Part shown: positions 1-7,545 of the stretch, piece after piece
How the letters are laid out: each line of letters begins with the position of its first letter
Position numbering within the stretch: the first letter of the stretch is position 1
DNA from: a virus
Taxonomy: Duplodnaviria; Heunggongvirae; Uroviricota; Caudoviricetes
Reading direction: 5' to 3' (one strand)
Virus record (IMG/VR): IMGVR_UViG_2545824709_000009
DNA length: 14,941 nucleotides
Made by a program: the position numbers and the translations under genes
Notes under the pieces: generated by a model
Database searches by the model: none
What the model was told of the DNA's origin: nothing
What the model saw: only the letters and a program-made list of their open reading frames with translations

Positions 1-1284
1 TTACTTCTTCGCCTCTGCAACCACTTTACTACCCACGCCGCGGTTATTGTATTCCCACATGCGGTTGTAGTTAGTGTCATTCAGATTGCGCTGTATTTCG
101 TCGTTATCATCTACGCTGCCGGTATTACCCGCAAACGGACGATTAGAGATCACCGCATCGGCCCACGGTTTAGCCGTGTTAAAACCTTCGTTGATGGCGC
201 TATCACGGATCACCACCTGACCGTTGGTATTGGCATCAACATCCAGCGAGCGGCCCAGTTGCGCCACGCCATCACCGGAAGCATTGAAACGGCTGTTTAC
301 AGCGAGGAAACCGTAGTAAATGTTGGACAGCGTTGCCGGTGCAAACACATACGCTTCTTGCTGAGTACGTGAGTTCACCACGCGGAATTCGGTGTTATCG
401 AACACCACTGCGCCGCGACCAGAAACGATATCCACATCCCCTTCAATGTAGCTGTTGGTCACCAGCGTACGCGGCTGACGATTCGTTTCCAGACGGTTCT
501 GCACACCGCTGTTGGTGACAAAGAAGGTGTTCTGACGACCGAGAATGTTCACGTTGTTAATCTGTACCTGGTCACCATCAGTACGCAGTGCCACCGCCGG
601 ATGGTTACCCGCATCTACGCTATCGCCCAGCGTGTTTTCGATGGTCAGGTTTTGCAGTTGCAGGCCATTGTTTTGTGACCAGAAGACCGCTGAACAGAGA
701 ACACCGATACTGTTGCTGCGTTTGCTCTGGCAGCTATCGTACATATACCACGCTGGTTTACCTGGCATATATTTGCCGCGCGGGTTGACGTCGTGACGCC
801 AGTCGGCAGGGCTCATGCCCCCATCAAGGGAAAGCCCAATCTTCACATCAATCGGTTTTTCACCTGTACCGTACAGAGTAATTCCACCCGGAGCGGCAGG
901 AACATATACCGTTCCCTGATACTCACCTGGCATCACGGCAATATACTGGCGCTTGTTGGTACGCTTGATAATTGCCGCATCTACCGCCGCCTGAATCGTG
1001 GTATGCGTTACACCTTGAGTACCCGCCGGGCCGACAACAAAGTCAGGTTGCGCAGGCAGGGTAATCGGGGAAGGATTCCACGCTGCAGCACCTGGTGTCA
1101 GGGATGCAAAATAGTGTTGAGCATCGAAATTCTGCGCTTCTTTTGCCGACAGAATCGGGCGAGAAGAGGTACCAGGCGCGGTTTGATCAGAAGGACGTTG
1201 ATCGGGTGGTGTTGAGCTACAGGCGGTCAGCGTCACGCCAAAAGCCAATGCCAGCGCCAGACGGGAAACTGAAAATGTGTTCAC
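1..1284 (-). CDS. ybhC: Outer-membrane lipoprotein YbhC (pectinesterase-like / acyl-CoA thioesterase family), host gene flanking the lambda attachment site
   Basis: 427-aa minus-strand ORF with an N-terminal signal peptide and lipobox (LTLTAC SS). Recognised from memory as E. coli YbhC, the gene next to lambda attB. Confidence 0.9.
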   Translation of the reverse strand: MNTFSVSRLALALAFGVTLTACSSTPPDQRPSDQTAPGTSSRPILSAKEAQNFDAQHYFASLTPGAAAWNPSPITLPAQPDFVVGPAGTQGVTHTTIQAAVDAAIIKRTNKRQYIAVMPGEYQGTVYVPAAPGGITLYGTGEKPIDVKIGLSLDGGMSPADWRHDVNPRGKYMPGKPAWYMYDSCQSKRSNSIGVLCSAVFWSQNNGLQLQNLTIENTLGDSVDAGNHPAVALRTDGDQVQINNVNILGRQNTFFVTNSGVQNRLETNRQPRTLVTNSYIEGDVDIVSGRGAVVFDNTEFRVVNSRTQQEAYVFAPATLSNIYYGFLAVNSRFNASGDGVAQLGRSLDVDANTNGQVVIRDSAINEGFNTAKPWADAVISNRPFAGNTGSVDDNDEIQRNLNDTNYNRMWEYNNRGVGSKVVAEAKK

Positions 1285-1330
1285 AGGTTGCTCCGGGCTA
1301 TGAAATAGAAAAATGAATCCGTTGAAGCCT

Positions 1331-1345
1331 GCTTTTTTATACTAA
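1331..1345. other. attL: Prophage attL core (lambda att common core, B-O-P' junction)
   Basis: Exact 15-bp lambda core GCTTTTTTATACTAA. The left flank (gttgaagcct) reads as the bacterial attB arm, the right flank (gttggcattataaaaaagcattgcttatcaatttgttgcaacgaacaggtcactatcagtcaaaataaaatc) as the phage P' arm. Confidence 0.85.
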
Positions 1346-1418
1346 GTTGGCATTATAAAAAAGCATTGCTTATCAATTTGTTGCAACGAACAGGTCACTA
1401 TCAGTCAAAATAAAATCA
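1346..1418. promoter_or_regulatory. attP P' arm with Int arm-type binding sites
   Basis: AT-rich arm between the core and the int stop, with arm-type Int motifs aggtcactat / cagtcaaaat at about 1392-1411. Confidence 0.6.
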
Positions 1419-2489
1419 TTATTTGATTTCAATTTTGTCCCACTCCCTGCCTCTGTCATCACGATACTGTGATGCCATGGTGTCCGACTTATGCCCGAGA
1501 AGATGTTGAGCAAACTTATCGCTTATCTGCTTCTCATAGAGTCTTGCAGACAAACTGCGCAACTCGTGAAAGGTAGGCGGATCCCCTTCGAAGGAAAGAC
1601 CTGATGCTTTTCGTGCGCGCATAAAATACCTTGATACTGTGCCGGATGAAAGCGGTTCGCGACGAGTAGATGCAATTATGGTTTCTCCGCCAAGAATCTC
1701 TTTGCATTTATCAAGTGTTTCCTTCATTGATATTCCGAGAGCATCAACATGCAATGCTGTTGGGATGGCAATTTTTACGCCTGTTTTGCTTTGCTCGACA
1801 TAAAGATATCCATCTACGATATCAGACCACTTCATTTCGCATAAATCACCAACTCGTTGCCCGGTAACAACAGCCAGTTCCATTGCAAGTCTGAGCCAAC
1901 ATGGTGATGATTCTGCTGCTTGATAAATTTTCAGGTATTCGTCAGCCGTAAGTCTTGATCTCCTTACCTCTGATTTTGCTGCGCGAGTGGCAGCGACAGG
2001 GTTTGTTGTTATATGGCCTTCAGCTATTGCCTCTCGGAATGCATCGCTCAGTGTTGATCTGATTAACTTGGCTGACGCCGCCTTGCCCTCGTCTATGTAT
2101 CCATTGAGCATTGCCGCAATTTCTTTTGTGGTGATGTCTTCAAGTGGAGCATCAGGCAGACCCCTCCTTATTGCTTTAATTTTGCTCATGTAATTTATGA
2201 GTGTCTTCTGCTTGATTCCTCTGCTGGCCAGGATTTTTTCGTAGCGATCAAGCCATGAATGTAACGTAACGGAATTATCACTGTTGATTCTCGCTGTCAG
2301 AGGCTTGTGTTTGTGTCCTGAAAATAACTCAATGTTGGCCTGTATGGCTTCAGTGATTGCGATTCGCCTGTCTCTGCCTAATCCAAACTCTTTACCCGTC
2401 CTTGGGTCCCTGTAGCAGTAATATCCATTGTTTCTTATATAAAGGTTAGGGGGTAAATCCCGGCGCTCATGACTTCGCCTTCTTCCCAT
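1419..2489 (-). CDS. int: Tyrosine integrase, lambda Int type
   Basis: 356-aa ORF starting MGRRRSHERRDLPPNLYIRNNGYYCYRDPRTGKEFGLG and ending ...HLLGHKSDTMASQYRDDRGREWDKIEIK. Recognised from memory as essentially lambda Int, with the expected 3' end about 70 bp from the att core. Confidence 0.97.
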   Translation of the reverse strand: MGRRRSHERRDLPPNLYIRNNGYYCYRDPRTGKEFGLGRDRRIAITEAIQANIELFSGHKHKPLTARINSDNSVTLHSWLDRYEKILASRGIKQKTLINYMSKIKAIRRGLPDAPLEDITTKEIAAMLNGYIDEGKAASAKLIRSTLSDAFREAIAEGHITTNPVAATRAAKSEVRRSRLTADEYLKIYQAAESSPCWLRLAMELAVVTGQRVGDLCEMKWSDIVDGYLYVEQSKTGVKIAIPTALHVDALGISMKETLDKCKEILGGETIIASTRREPLSSGTVSRYFMRARKASGLSFEGDPPTFHELRSLSARLYEKQISDKFAQHLLGHKSDTMASQYRDDRGREWDKIEIK

Positions 2490-2685
2490 TTCTGATCCTC
2501 TTCAAAAGGCTACCTGTTACTGGTCGATTTAAGTCAACCTTTACCGCTGATTCGTGGAACAGATACTCTCTTCCATCCTTAACCGGAGGAGGGAATATCC
2601 TGCACTCGCGTACCCATCGACGAACTGTTTCAAGGCTTCTTGGGCGTCGCTGGCGTGCGTTCCACTCCTGAAGTGTCAAGTACAT
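2467..2685 (-). CDS. xis: Excisionase, lambda Xis type
   Basis: 72-aa ORF MYLTLQEWNARQRRPRSLETVRRWVRECRIFPPPVKDGREYLFHESAVKVDLNRPVTGSLLKRIRNGKKAKS, overlapping the int start by 23 nt as in lambda. Confidence 0.95.
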   Translation of the reverse strand: MYLTLQEWNARQRRPRSLETVRRWVRECRIFPPPVKDGREYLFHESAVKVDLNRPVTGSLLKRIRNGKKAKS

Positions 2686-2710
2686 CGCAAAGTCTCCGCA
2701 ATTACACGCA

Positions 2711-2733
2711 AGAAAAAACCGCCATCAGGCGGC
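2711..2733 (-). terminator. Putative intrinsic terminator just upstream of xis in the leftward transcript
   Basis: Minus-strand reading gives CCGCC-tgat-GGCGG followed by TTTTTTCTT (plus strand aaaaaaccgccatcaggcgg). Confidence 0.5.
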
Positions 2734-3134
2734 TTGGTGTTCTTTCAGTTCTTCAATTCGAATATTGGTTACGTCTGCATGTGCTATCTGCGCCCACAGC
2801 ATTCAGTGGTCATAGCAGTCGCTGATGTTCTCGGCTTCGATAACTCTGTTGAATGGTTCTCCATTCCATTCACCTGTGACTCGGAAGTGCATTTATCATC
2901 TCCATAAAACAAAACCCGCCGTAGCGAGTTCAGATAAAAGAAATCCTCGTCAGTGCGAGGATGCTGTTCATTGCTGCTATACACTTTTTTGCTCTCAACG
3001 TAAGCGGTAGCCCATTCTGTTGGGTTGGTGCAGTTGCTTTTAGGAAATGCTATTTACCCCTTAAATGTCGGCTGAAAGAGCTAAAATCCATGCAAAAAAT
3101 TTACGCAATTTTGTGTATTATTGTGCAGTAAGTA

Positions 3135-3737
3135 ATGAGCTATTTTCTGCGCAAAAAATGGATGGTAAATTTGTCCGGGTCAGGAAAAATTTTATGGGCG
3201 CTAAACATGAAAAAAGATTCGTATCCTTATTTGATTTGCATGACAGTTTCAGGGCTGATCTTTATTTTCCTTTTCTTCTGGTGGCGGGCAGATATCTACA
3301 GGGTCACGTTTCTTAATCAGAGTATATCCCACTATTACATTCTGTTTAGCATGGGAATAGCTTTTCTGTTATCTCTGTTTTGGGTTAAGAAGGGGATAGT
3401 AAAACAAAGAGGCTGGAAGAGTCTGTCAGCATACCTTAAGGTTTATGCAGGGATGTGCATATTTGCAGGATTTTTTCTGATTATACCCCTTACGACACTA
3501 ACTTATTTTTTGCCTGGAGAGACATCGTCTTATGTTGCACCGTATCGGTATACTTCCGGTAGTTCAAAAAGTTGTTCTGGAGCTGAGGTGGATGACCCCG
3601 ATCTACATGAGAATATTCGCATTTGCTATCCGTATGGCAATTATGAGTACGATAATATTATCTATGTTGAAAAGAAAATTAATATATTAGGTGCGGTAGT
3701 GACATATGCACAGACCGCGCGTGATGATACTGAATGA
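3135..3737 (+). CDS. Small polytopic membrane protein of unknown family; candidate lysogen-expressed accessory (exclusion/defence) gene
   Basis: Uninterrupted 200-codon ORF on the strand opposite the early-left operon. It sits in an AT-rich segment (about 38% GC by eye against about 50% in flanking phage genes). Three hydrophobic helices (LICMTVSGLIFIFLFFWW, YYILFSMGIAFLLSLFWV, GMCIFAGFFLIIPLTTL) with a very basic loop KKGIVKQRGWK, then an approximately 70-aa hydrophilic C-terminal tail containing two Cys. Start uncertain: in-frame ATGs at 3135, 3162 and 3207, none with a strong SD. Confidence 0.7.
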   Translation: MSYFLRKKWMVNLSGSGKILWALNMKKDSYPYLICMTVSGLIFIFLFFWWRADIYRVTFLNQSISHYYILFSMGIAFLLSLFWVKKGIVKQRGWKSLSAYLKVYAGMCIFAGFFLIIPLTTLTYFLPGETSSYVAPYRYTSGSSKSCSGAEVDDPDLHENIRICYPYGNYEYDNIIYVEKKINILGAVVTYAQTARDDTE

Positions 3738-3771
3738 TATAGTATATAGCGGGCAAGTTTTAGTTAATTTA

Positions 3772-3809
3772 TCGAGGTAATATAATTTACCTCGACTCGT
3801 TTGTTCTGG
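3772..3809 (+). terminator. Putative hairpin terminator downstream of the membrane-protein gene
   Basis: Perfect 9-bp stem TCGAGGTAA / TTACCTCGA with 6-nt loop TATAAT, followed by a moderately T-rich tract (ctcgtttgttctgg). Confidence 0.4.
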
Positions 3810-3947
3810 TATTAATATTTCGCTTTACGACCGATTTTTATCTGATGATATCATGCGGTTTTCATATACTGACTTACTGTCTTTTCTCCGTTAGCGATTT
3901 TCTCCTGCTCAGCGATGATTTTATCTTTGGCTTCTAGTTAATTTCGC

Positions 3948-4169
3948 TCACTTCGAACCTCTCTGTTTACTGATAAGCTCCAGATCCTCCTGGCAACTTG
4001 CACAAGTCCGACAACCCTGAACGACCAGGCGTCTTCGTTCATCTATCGGATCGCCACACTCACAACAATGAGTGGCAGATATAGCCTGGTGGTTCAGGCG
4101 GCGCATTTTTATTGCTGTGTTGCGCTGTAATTCTTCAATTTCTGATGCTGAATCAATGATGTCTGCCAT
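3948..4169 (-). CDS. TraR/DksA-family C4 zinc-finger protein (lambda orf73-like)
   Basis: 73-aa ORF with CxxC-x17-CxxC (CCECGDPIDERRRLVVQGCRTCASCQ), the pattern of TraR-like RNA-polymerase secondary-channel binders. Position matches lambda orf73 as I recall it. Confidence 0.8.
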   Translation of the reverse strand: MADIIDSASEIEELQRNTAIKMRRLNHQAISATHCCECGDPIDERRRLVVQGCRTCASCQEDLELISKQRGSK

Positions 4170-4223
4170 CTTCCATTAATCCCTGAATTGTTGGTTAATA
4201 CGCTTGAGGGTGAATGCGAATAA

Positions 4224-4246
4224 TAAAAAAGGAGCCTGTAGCTCCC
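4224..4246 (-). terminator. Putative intrinsic terminator in the early-left operon
   Basis: Minus-strand reading gives GGAGC-tacag-GCTCC followed by TTTTTTATT (plus strand aaaaaaggagcctgtagctcc). Confidence 0.5.
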
Positions 4247-4267
4247 TGATGATTTTGCTTTTCATGT

Positions 4268-4579
4268 TCATCGTTCCTTAAAGACGCCGTTTAACATGCC
4301 GATTGCCAGGCTTAAATGAGTCGGTGTGAATCCCATCAGCGTTACCGTTTCGCGGTGCTTCTTCAGTACGCTACGGCAAATGTCATCGACGTTTTTATCC
4401 GGAAACTGCTGTCTGGCTTTTTTGATTTCAGAATTAGCCTGACGGGCAATGCTGCGAAGGGCGTTTTCCTGCTGAGGTGTCATTGAACAAGTCCCATGTC
4501 GGCAAGCATAAGCACACAGAATATGAAGCCCGCTGCCAGAAAAATGCATTCCGTGGTTGTCATACCTGGTCTCTCTCAT
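4268..4579 (-). CDS. Hypothetical early-left protein (lambda orf61-like region, 103 codons here)
   Basis: Minus-strand ORF co-directional with exo and overlapping the stop of the upstream orf63-like ORF. The 5' part aligns positionally with lambda orf61, but the ORF runs longer than 61 codons; the true start could be internal (MTPQQENAL...). Confidence 0.55.
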   Translation of the reverse strand: MRETRYDNHGMHFSGSGLHILCAYACRHGTCSMTPQQENALRSIARQANSEIKKARQQFPDKNVDDICRSVLKKHRETVTLMGFTPTHLSLAIGMLNGVFKER

Positions 4580-4751
4580 CTGCTTCTGCTTTCGCCACCA
4601 TCATTTCCAGCTTTTGTGAAAGGGATGCGGCTAACGTATGAAATTCTTCGTCTGTTTCTACTGGTATTGGCACAAACCTGACTCCAATTTGAGCGAGGCT
4701 ATGTGCCATCTCGATACTCGTTCTTAACTCAACGGGAGATGCTTTGTGCAT
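4560..4751 (-). CDS. Hypothetical protein, lambda orf63-like
   Basis: 63-aa ORF with the same length and relative position to exo as lambda orf63. Confidence 0.75.
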   Translation of the reverse strand: MHKASPVELRTSIEMAHSLAQIGVRFVPIPVETDEEFHTLAASLSQKLEMMVAKAEADERDQV

Positions 4752-4906
4752 ACAGCTCCCCGTTTATTATTTATCTCCTCAGCCAGCCGCTGTGCTTTCA
4801 GGGGATTTCGGATAACAGAAAGGCCGGGAAATACCCAGCCTCGCTTCGTAACGGAGTAGACGAAAGTGATCGTGCCTACGCGGATATTATCGTGAGGATG
4901 TTTCAT
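4724..4906 (-). CDS. Hypothetical protein, lambda orf60a-like
   Basis: 60-aa ORF ([10 protein letters not shown]...) whose start overlaps the exo stop. The six-frame track begins two codons upstream (MAM, at 4912); the ATG at 4906 gives the lambda-like length. Confidence 0.7.
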   Translation of the reverse strand: MKHPHDNIRVGTITFVYSVTKRGWVFPGLSVIRNPLKAQRLAEEINNKRGAVCTKHLPLS

Positions 4907-5583
4907 CGCCATTGCTCCCCAAATACAAAACCAATTTCAGCCAGTGCCTCGTCCATTTTTTCGATGAACTCCGGCACCATCTCGTCAAAACTCGCCATGT
5001 AATTTTCATCCCGCTCAACCACGACATAATGCAGGCCTTCACGCTTCATTCGTGGGTCATAGTTGGCAAAGTACCAGGCATCTTTTCGCGTCACCCACAT
5101 GCTGTACTGCACCTGGGCCATGTAAGCTGACTTTATGGCCTCGAAACCACCGAGCCGGAATTTCATGAAATCCCGGGAGGTAAACGGGCATTTCAGTTCA
5201 AGGCCGTTGCCGTCACTGCATAAACCATCGGGAGAGCAGGCGGTGCGCATACTTTCGTCGCGATAGATGATCGGGGATTCAGTAACATTCACGCCGGAAG
5301 TAAACTCAAACAGGGCTCTGGCGTCGTTCTCGTACTGTTTTCCCCAGGCCAGCGCCTTAGCATTAACTTCCGGAGCCACACCGGTGCAAACCTCAGCCAG
5401 CAGGGTGTGGAAGTAGGACATTTTCATGTCAGGCCACTTCTTTCCTGAGCGGGGCTTTGCTATCACGTTGTGAACTTCTGAAGCGGTGATGACGCCGAGC
5501 CGTAATTTGTGCCATGCATCATCCCCCTGTTCGACAGCTCTCACGTCGATCCCGGTACGCTGCAGGATAATGTCCGGTGTCAT
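4903..5583 (-). CDS. exo: Lambda exonuclease (Red-alpha, YqaJ-type 5'-3' exonuclease)
   Basis: 226-aa [43 protein letters not shown]...FGEQWR, recognised as near-identical to lambda Exo; overlaps the bet stop. Confidence 0.97.
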   Translation of the reverse strand: MTPDIILQRTGIDVRAVEQGDDAWHKLRLGVITASEVHNVIAKPRSGKKWPDMKMSYFHTLLAEVCTGVAPEVNAKALAWGKQYENDARALFEFTSGVNVTESPIIYRDESMRTACSPDGLCSDGNGLELKCPFTSRDFMKFRLGGFEAIKSAYMAQVQYSMWVTRKDAWYFANYDPRMKREGLHYVVVERDENYMASFDEMVPEFIEKMDEALAEIGFVFGEQWR

Positions 5584-6365
5584 GCTGCCACCTTCTGCTC
5601 AGTGGCTTTCTGTTTCAGGAATCCAAGAGCTTTCACTGCTTCGGCCTGTGTCAGTTCTGACGATGCGCGAATGTCGCGGCGAAATATCTGGGAACAGAGC
5701 GGCAATAAGTCGTCATCCCATGTTTTATCCAGGGCGATCAGCAGAGTGTTAATCTCCTGCATGGTTTCATCGTTAACCGGAGTGATGTCGCGTTCCGGCT
5801 GACGTTCTGCAGTGTATGCAGTATTTTCGACAATGCGCTCGGCTTCATCCTTGTCATAGATACCAGCAAATCCGAAGGCCAGACGGGCACACTGAATCAT
5901 GGCTTTATGCCGTAACATCCGTTTGGGATGCGACTGCCACGGCCCCGTAATTTCTCTGCCTTCGCGAGTTTTGAATGGTTCGCGGCGGCATTCATCCATC
6001 CATTCGGTAACGCAGATCGGATGATTACGGTCCTTGCGGTAAATCCGGCATGTACAGGATTCATTGTCCTGCTCAAAGTCCATGCCATCAAACTGCTGGT
6101 TTTCATTGATGATGCGGGACCAGCCATCAACGCCCACCACCGGAACGATGCCGTTCTGCTTATCAGGGAAGGCGTAAATTTCTTTCGTCCACGGATTAAG
6201 GCCGTACTGGTTGGCGACGATCAACAATGCGATGAACTGCGCATCGCTGGCATCACCTTTAAATGCCGTCTGGCGAAGAGTGGTGATCAGTTCCTGTGGG
6301 TCGACAGAATCCATGCCGACACGTTCAGCCAGCTTCCCTGCCAGCGTTGCGAGTGCTGTACTCAT
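5580..6365 (-). CDS. bet: Bet (Red-beta single-strand annealing protein, RecT-like)
   Basis: 261-aa [62 protein letters not shown]..., recognised as lambda Bet. Confidence 0.97.
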   Translation of the reverse strand: MSTALATLAGKLAERVGMDSVDPQELITTLRQTAFKGDASDAQFIALLIVANQYGLNPWTKEIYAFPDKQNGIVPVVGVDGWSRIINENQQFDGMDFEQDNESCTCRIYRKDRNHPICVTEWMDECRREPFKTREGREITGPWQSHPKRMLRHKAMIQCARLAFGFAGIYDKDEAERIVENTAYTAERQPERDITPVNDETMQEINTLLIALDKTWDDDLLPLCSQIFRRDIRASSELTQAEAVKALGFLKQKATEQKVAA

Positions 6366-6370
6366 CCGTT

Positions 6371-6667
6371 TTATACCTCTGAATCAATATCAACCTGGTG
6401 GCGGGCAATAGTTTCAACCATGTACCGTATGTGTTCTGCCATGCGTTCCTGAAACTCAACATCGTCATCAAACGCACGGGTAATGGCTTTTTTGCTGGCC
6501 CCGTGGCGTTGCAAATGATCGATGCATAGCGATTCAAACAGGTGCTGGGGCAGGCCTTTTTCCATGTCGTCTGCCAGTTCTGCCTCTTTCTCTTCACGGG
6601 CGATCTGCTGGTAGTGACGCGCCCAGCTCTGAGCCTCAAGACGATCCTGAATGTAATAAGCGTTCAT
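6371..6667 (-). CDS. gam: Gam (RecBCD inhibitor), short form
   Basis: 98-aa [63 protein letters not shown]..., recognised as lambda GamS with a CAGGAG RBS. The upstream in-frame sequence resembles the N-terminal extension of long Gam only loosely. Confidence 0.95.
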   Translation of the reverse strand: MNAYYIQDRLEAQSWARHYQQIAREEKEAELADDMEKGLPQHLFESLCIDHLQRHGASKKAITRAFDDDVEFQERMAEHIRYMVETIARHQVDIDSEV

Positions 6668-6743
6668 GGCTGAACTCCTGAAAATGGCTGTGAAAATATC
6701 GCCCGCGAAATGCCAGGCTGATTAGGAAAACAGGAAAGGGGGG

Positions 6744-7034
6744 TTAGTGATTCAGGCCGTTACCGCGTCCGTCGAGAAAAACTTCCACGAGCAAATCACG
6801 GGTATAAGTGCGCTCGATGCCGCGATGCAGATAAAGCCGTCCGCGTAAATTAGCTGATGCAGTCCAGGTACCATCTTTGTGTTTGACCAGCATTCCTGGC
6901 ATGACCGCACCTCGATTAACGGTCTGCGTTCCGTAATGTTGATGAACCATAAAAACTCCTGCCCGTAAGCTGGGCTGCTGAACATATAAAGACTTCTGCG
7001 CGTATTCAGGCGGTGGATGGCCGCCGGTTGTCAT
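6744..7034 (-). CDS. Hypothetical early-left protein at the kil/cIII position (first ORF downstream of pL)
   Basis: 96-codon ORF from the track. An internal ATG at 6950 (MVHQHYGTQTVNRG...) is preceded by a strong AGGAG RBS and may be the real start, giving 68 aa. Its stop sits where lambda kil ends. No family recognised, and no arginine-rich motif of N type. Confidence 0.5.
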   Translation of the reverse strand: MTTGGHPPPEYAQKSLYVQQPSLRAGVFMVHQHYGTQTVNRGAVMPGMLVKHKDGTWTASANLRGRLYLHRGIERTYTRDLLVEVFLDGRGNGLNH

Positions 7035-7204
7035 AACTAAGCCGCCTCGTTGAAGCGACTAAGGTATGAAATGTTGAGTTAATTTCAGCTGGTCACACCG
7101 ACGTTCACGCGTCCGTTTCACCCCTCGCACTCCCCGAAGCCTGCTGAAATTCAAACTGCGGATCTAAGCGGTCATCGCAACGGTGAATCAGGTAGTTGCC
7201 GTAT

Positions 7205-7290
7205 CGTTGTGTTGTTGCGATGAACTTATTTAAAACTATAGTTGTTTTATCGTCAACAACAAAAGTTGTTTTATTGGTTGTTTTAGATAT
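7205..7290 (-). promoter_or_regulatory. Putative OL operators and pL promoter
   Basis: Palindrome GTTGTTttatcgtcAACAAC (7241-7260) overlapping a -35 TTGACG (minus strand, 7251-7256), with a TTTTAAAT -10-like element about 16-17 bp downstream (7228-7235). Further GTTGTTTTA half-sites at 7265 and 7277. The module is nearly a copy of the OR/pR module at 8277-8312. Confidence 0.5.
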
Positions 7291-7396
7291 AACTGGTTGT
7301 ATTTAGGATGGATTTATTTTGTGACTTGAATCGCATAGCGATAACTGAAGCGAGGTTATGGTGGTTTTTTTAACGGTGTGTGTGATGAGGGGAGGG

Positions 7397-7424
7397 CAAA
7401 AGAAAACCCGGCACGGTGACCGGG
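7397..7424 (-). terminator. Putative intrinsic terminator downstream of cI
   Basis: Minus-strand reading gives CCCGG-tcaccgtg-CCGGG followed by TTTTCTTTTG, about 120 nt past the cI stop. Confidence 0.5.
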
Positions 7425-7545
7425 ATTCTTACGCCGTTAGGTAAAGATATTATTGCGGTGGCTTAATATTACTACCTAGAGCAAAGATAGGAATTAGTTC
7501 TTTACTGAATGAGCACAATGCCCAGTTGATAATTTTTAATTGGTA

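Noticed and set aside
333-1316. Plus-strand ORFs of 61-140 aa (333-518, 545-796, 588-788, 793-1215, 1095-1316) overlapping ybhC
   Set aside because: They lie antisense inside a well-supported, full-length host gene and have low-complexity Arg/Cys-rich translations typical of reverse-frame artefacts.
1670-2193. Plus-strand ORFs 1670-1867 and 1987-2193 inside int
   Set aside because: Antisense to the integrase gene, which is intact and near-identical to lambda Int; no RBS support.
2554-3010. Track ORFs 2554-2907 (+), 2640-2825 (+), 2784-2984 (-) and 2825-3010 (+) between xis and the cassette
   Set aside because: Mutually overlapping and compositionally odd, and they cross the terminator hairpin. 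The only frame with a good RBS here is the short minus-strand ORF with the in-frame TGA, reported as a finding instead.
3065-3316. Alternative plus-strand frame (83 aa) overlapping the start of the membrane-protein gene
   Set aside because: Shorter, not hydrophobic, and ends inside the longer ORF. It does have an AGGAAA motif before its ATG at 3194, so a short upstream ORF cannot be fully excluded.
4496-5130. Plus-strand ORFs 4496-4681, 4703-5002 and 4912-5130 opposite orf61/63/60a and exo
   Set aside because: Antisense to lambda-like genes that are co-linear with exo and translationally coupled to it.
5486-6452. ORFs 5486-5752, 5509-5802, 5897-6130, 5928-6452 and 6211-6411 overlapping bet, and 6325-6639 overlapping gam
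   Set aside because: All overlap the near-identical lambda bet/gam reading frames in other frames or antisense; none is needed to explain the sequence.
6752-6985. Alternative minus-strand frame (77 aa) overlapping the Kil-position ORF
   Set aside because: Translation is Cys/Trp/Phe-rich with no RBS; the 96/68-aa frame has a strong AGGAG and ends where lambda kil ends.
7011-7035. Apparent frameshift at the 5' end of the 96-codon ORF when translating by hand
   Set aside because: My hand translation of the printed sequence hits a stop after 9 codons from the first ATG, whereas the supplied track reads through (MTTGGHPPP...). I treat this as my own single-base counting error and not as a real frameshift, but it leaves the true start (7034 or 6950) unresolved.
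7035-7220. HK022 put-like antitermination RNA in the pL leader
   Set aside because: The leader has a 9-bp long-range stem and small hairpins, but I cannot show the twin stem-loop architecture or conservation. I noted it only as a possibility under the missing-N finding.
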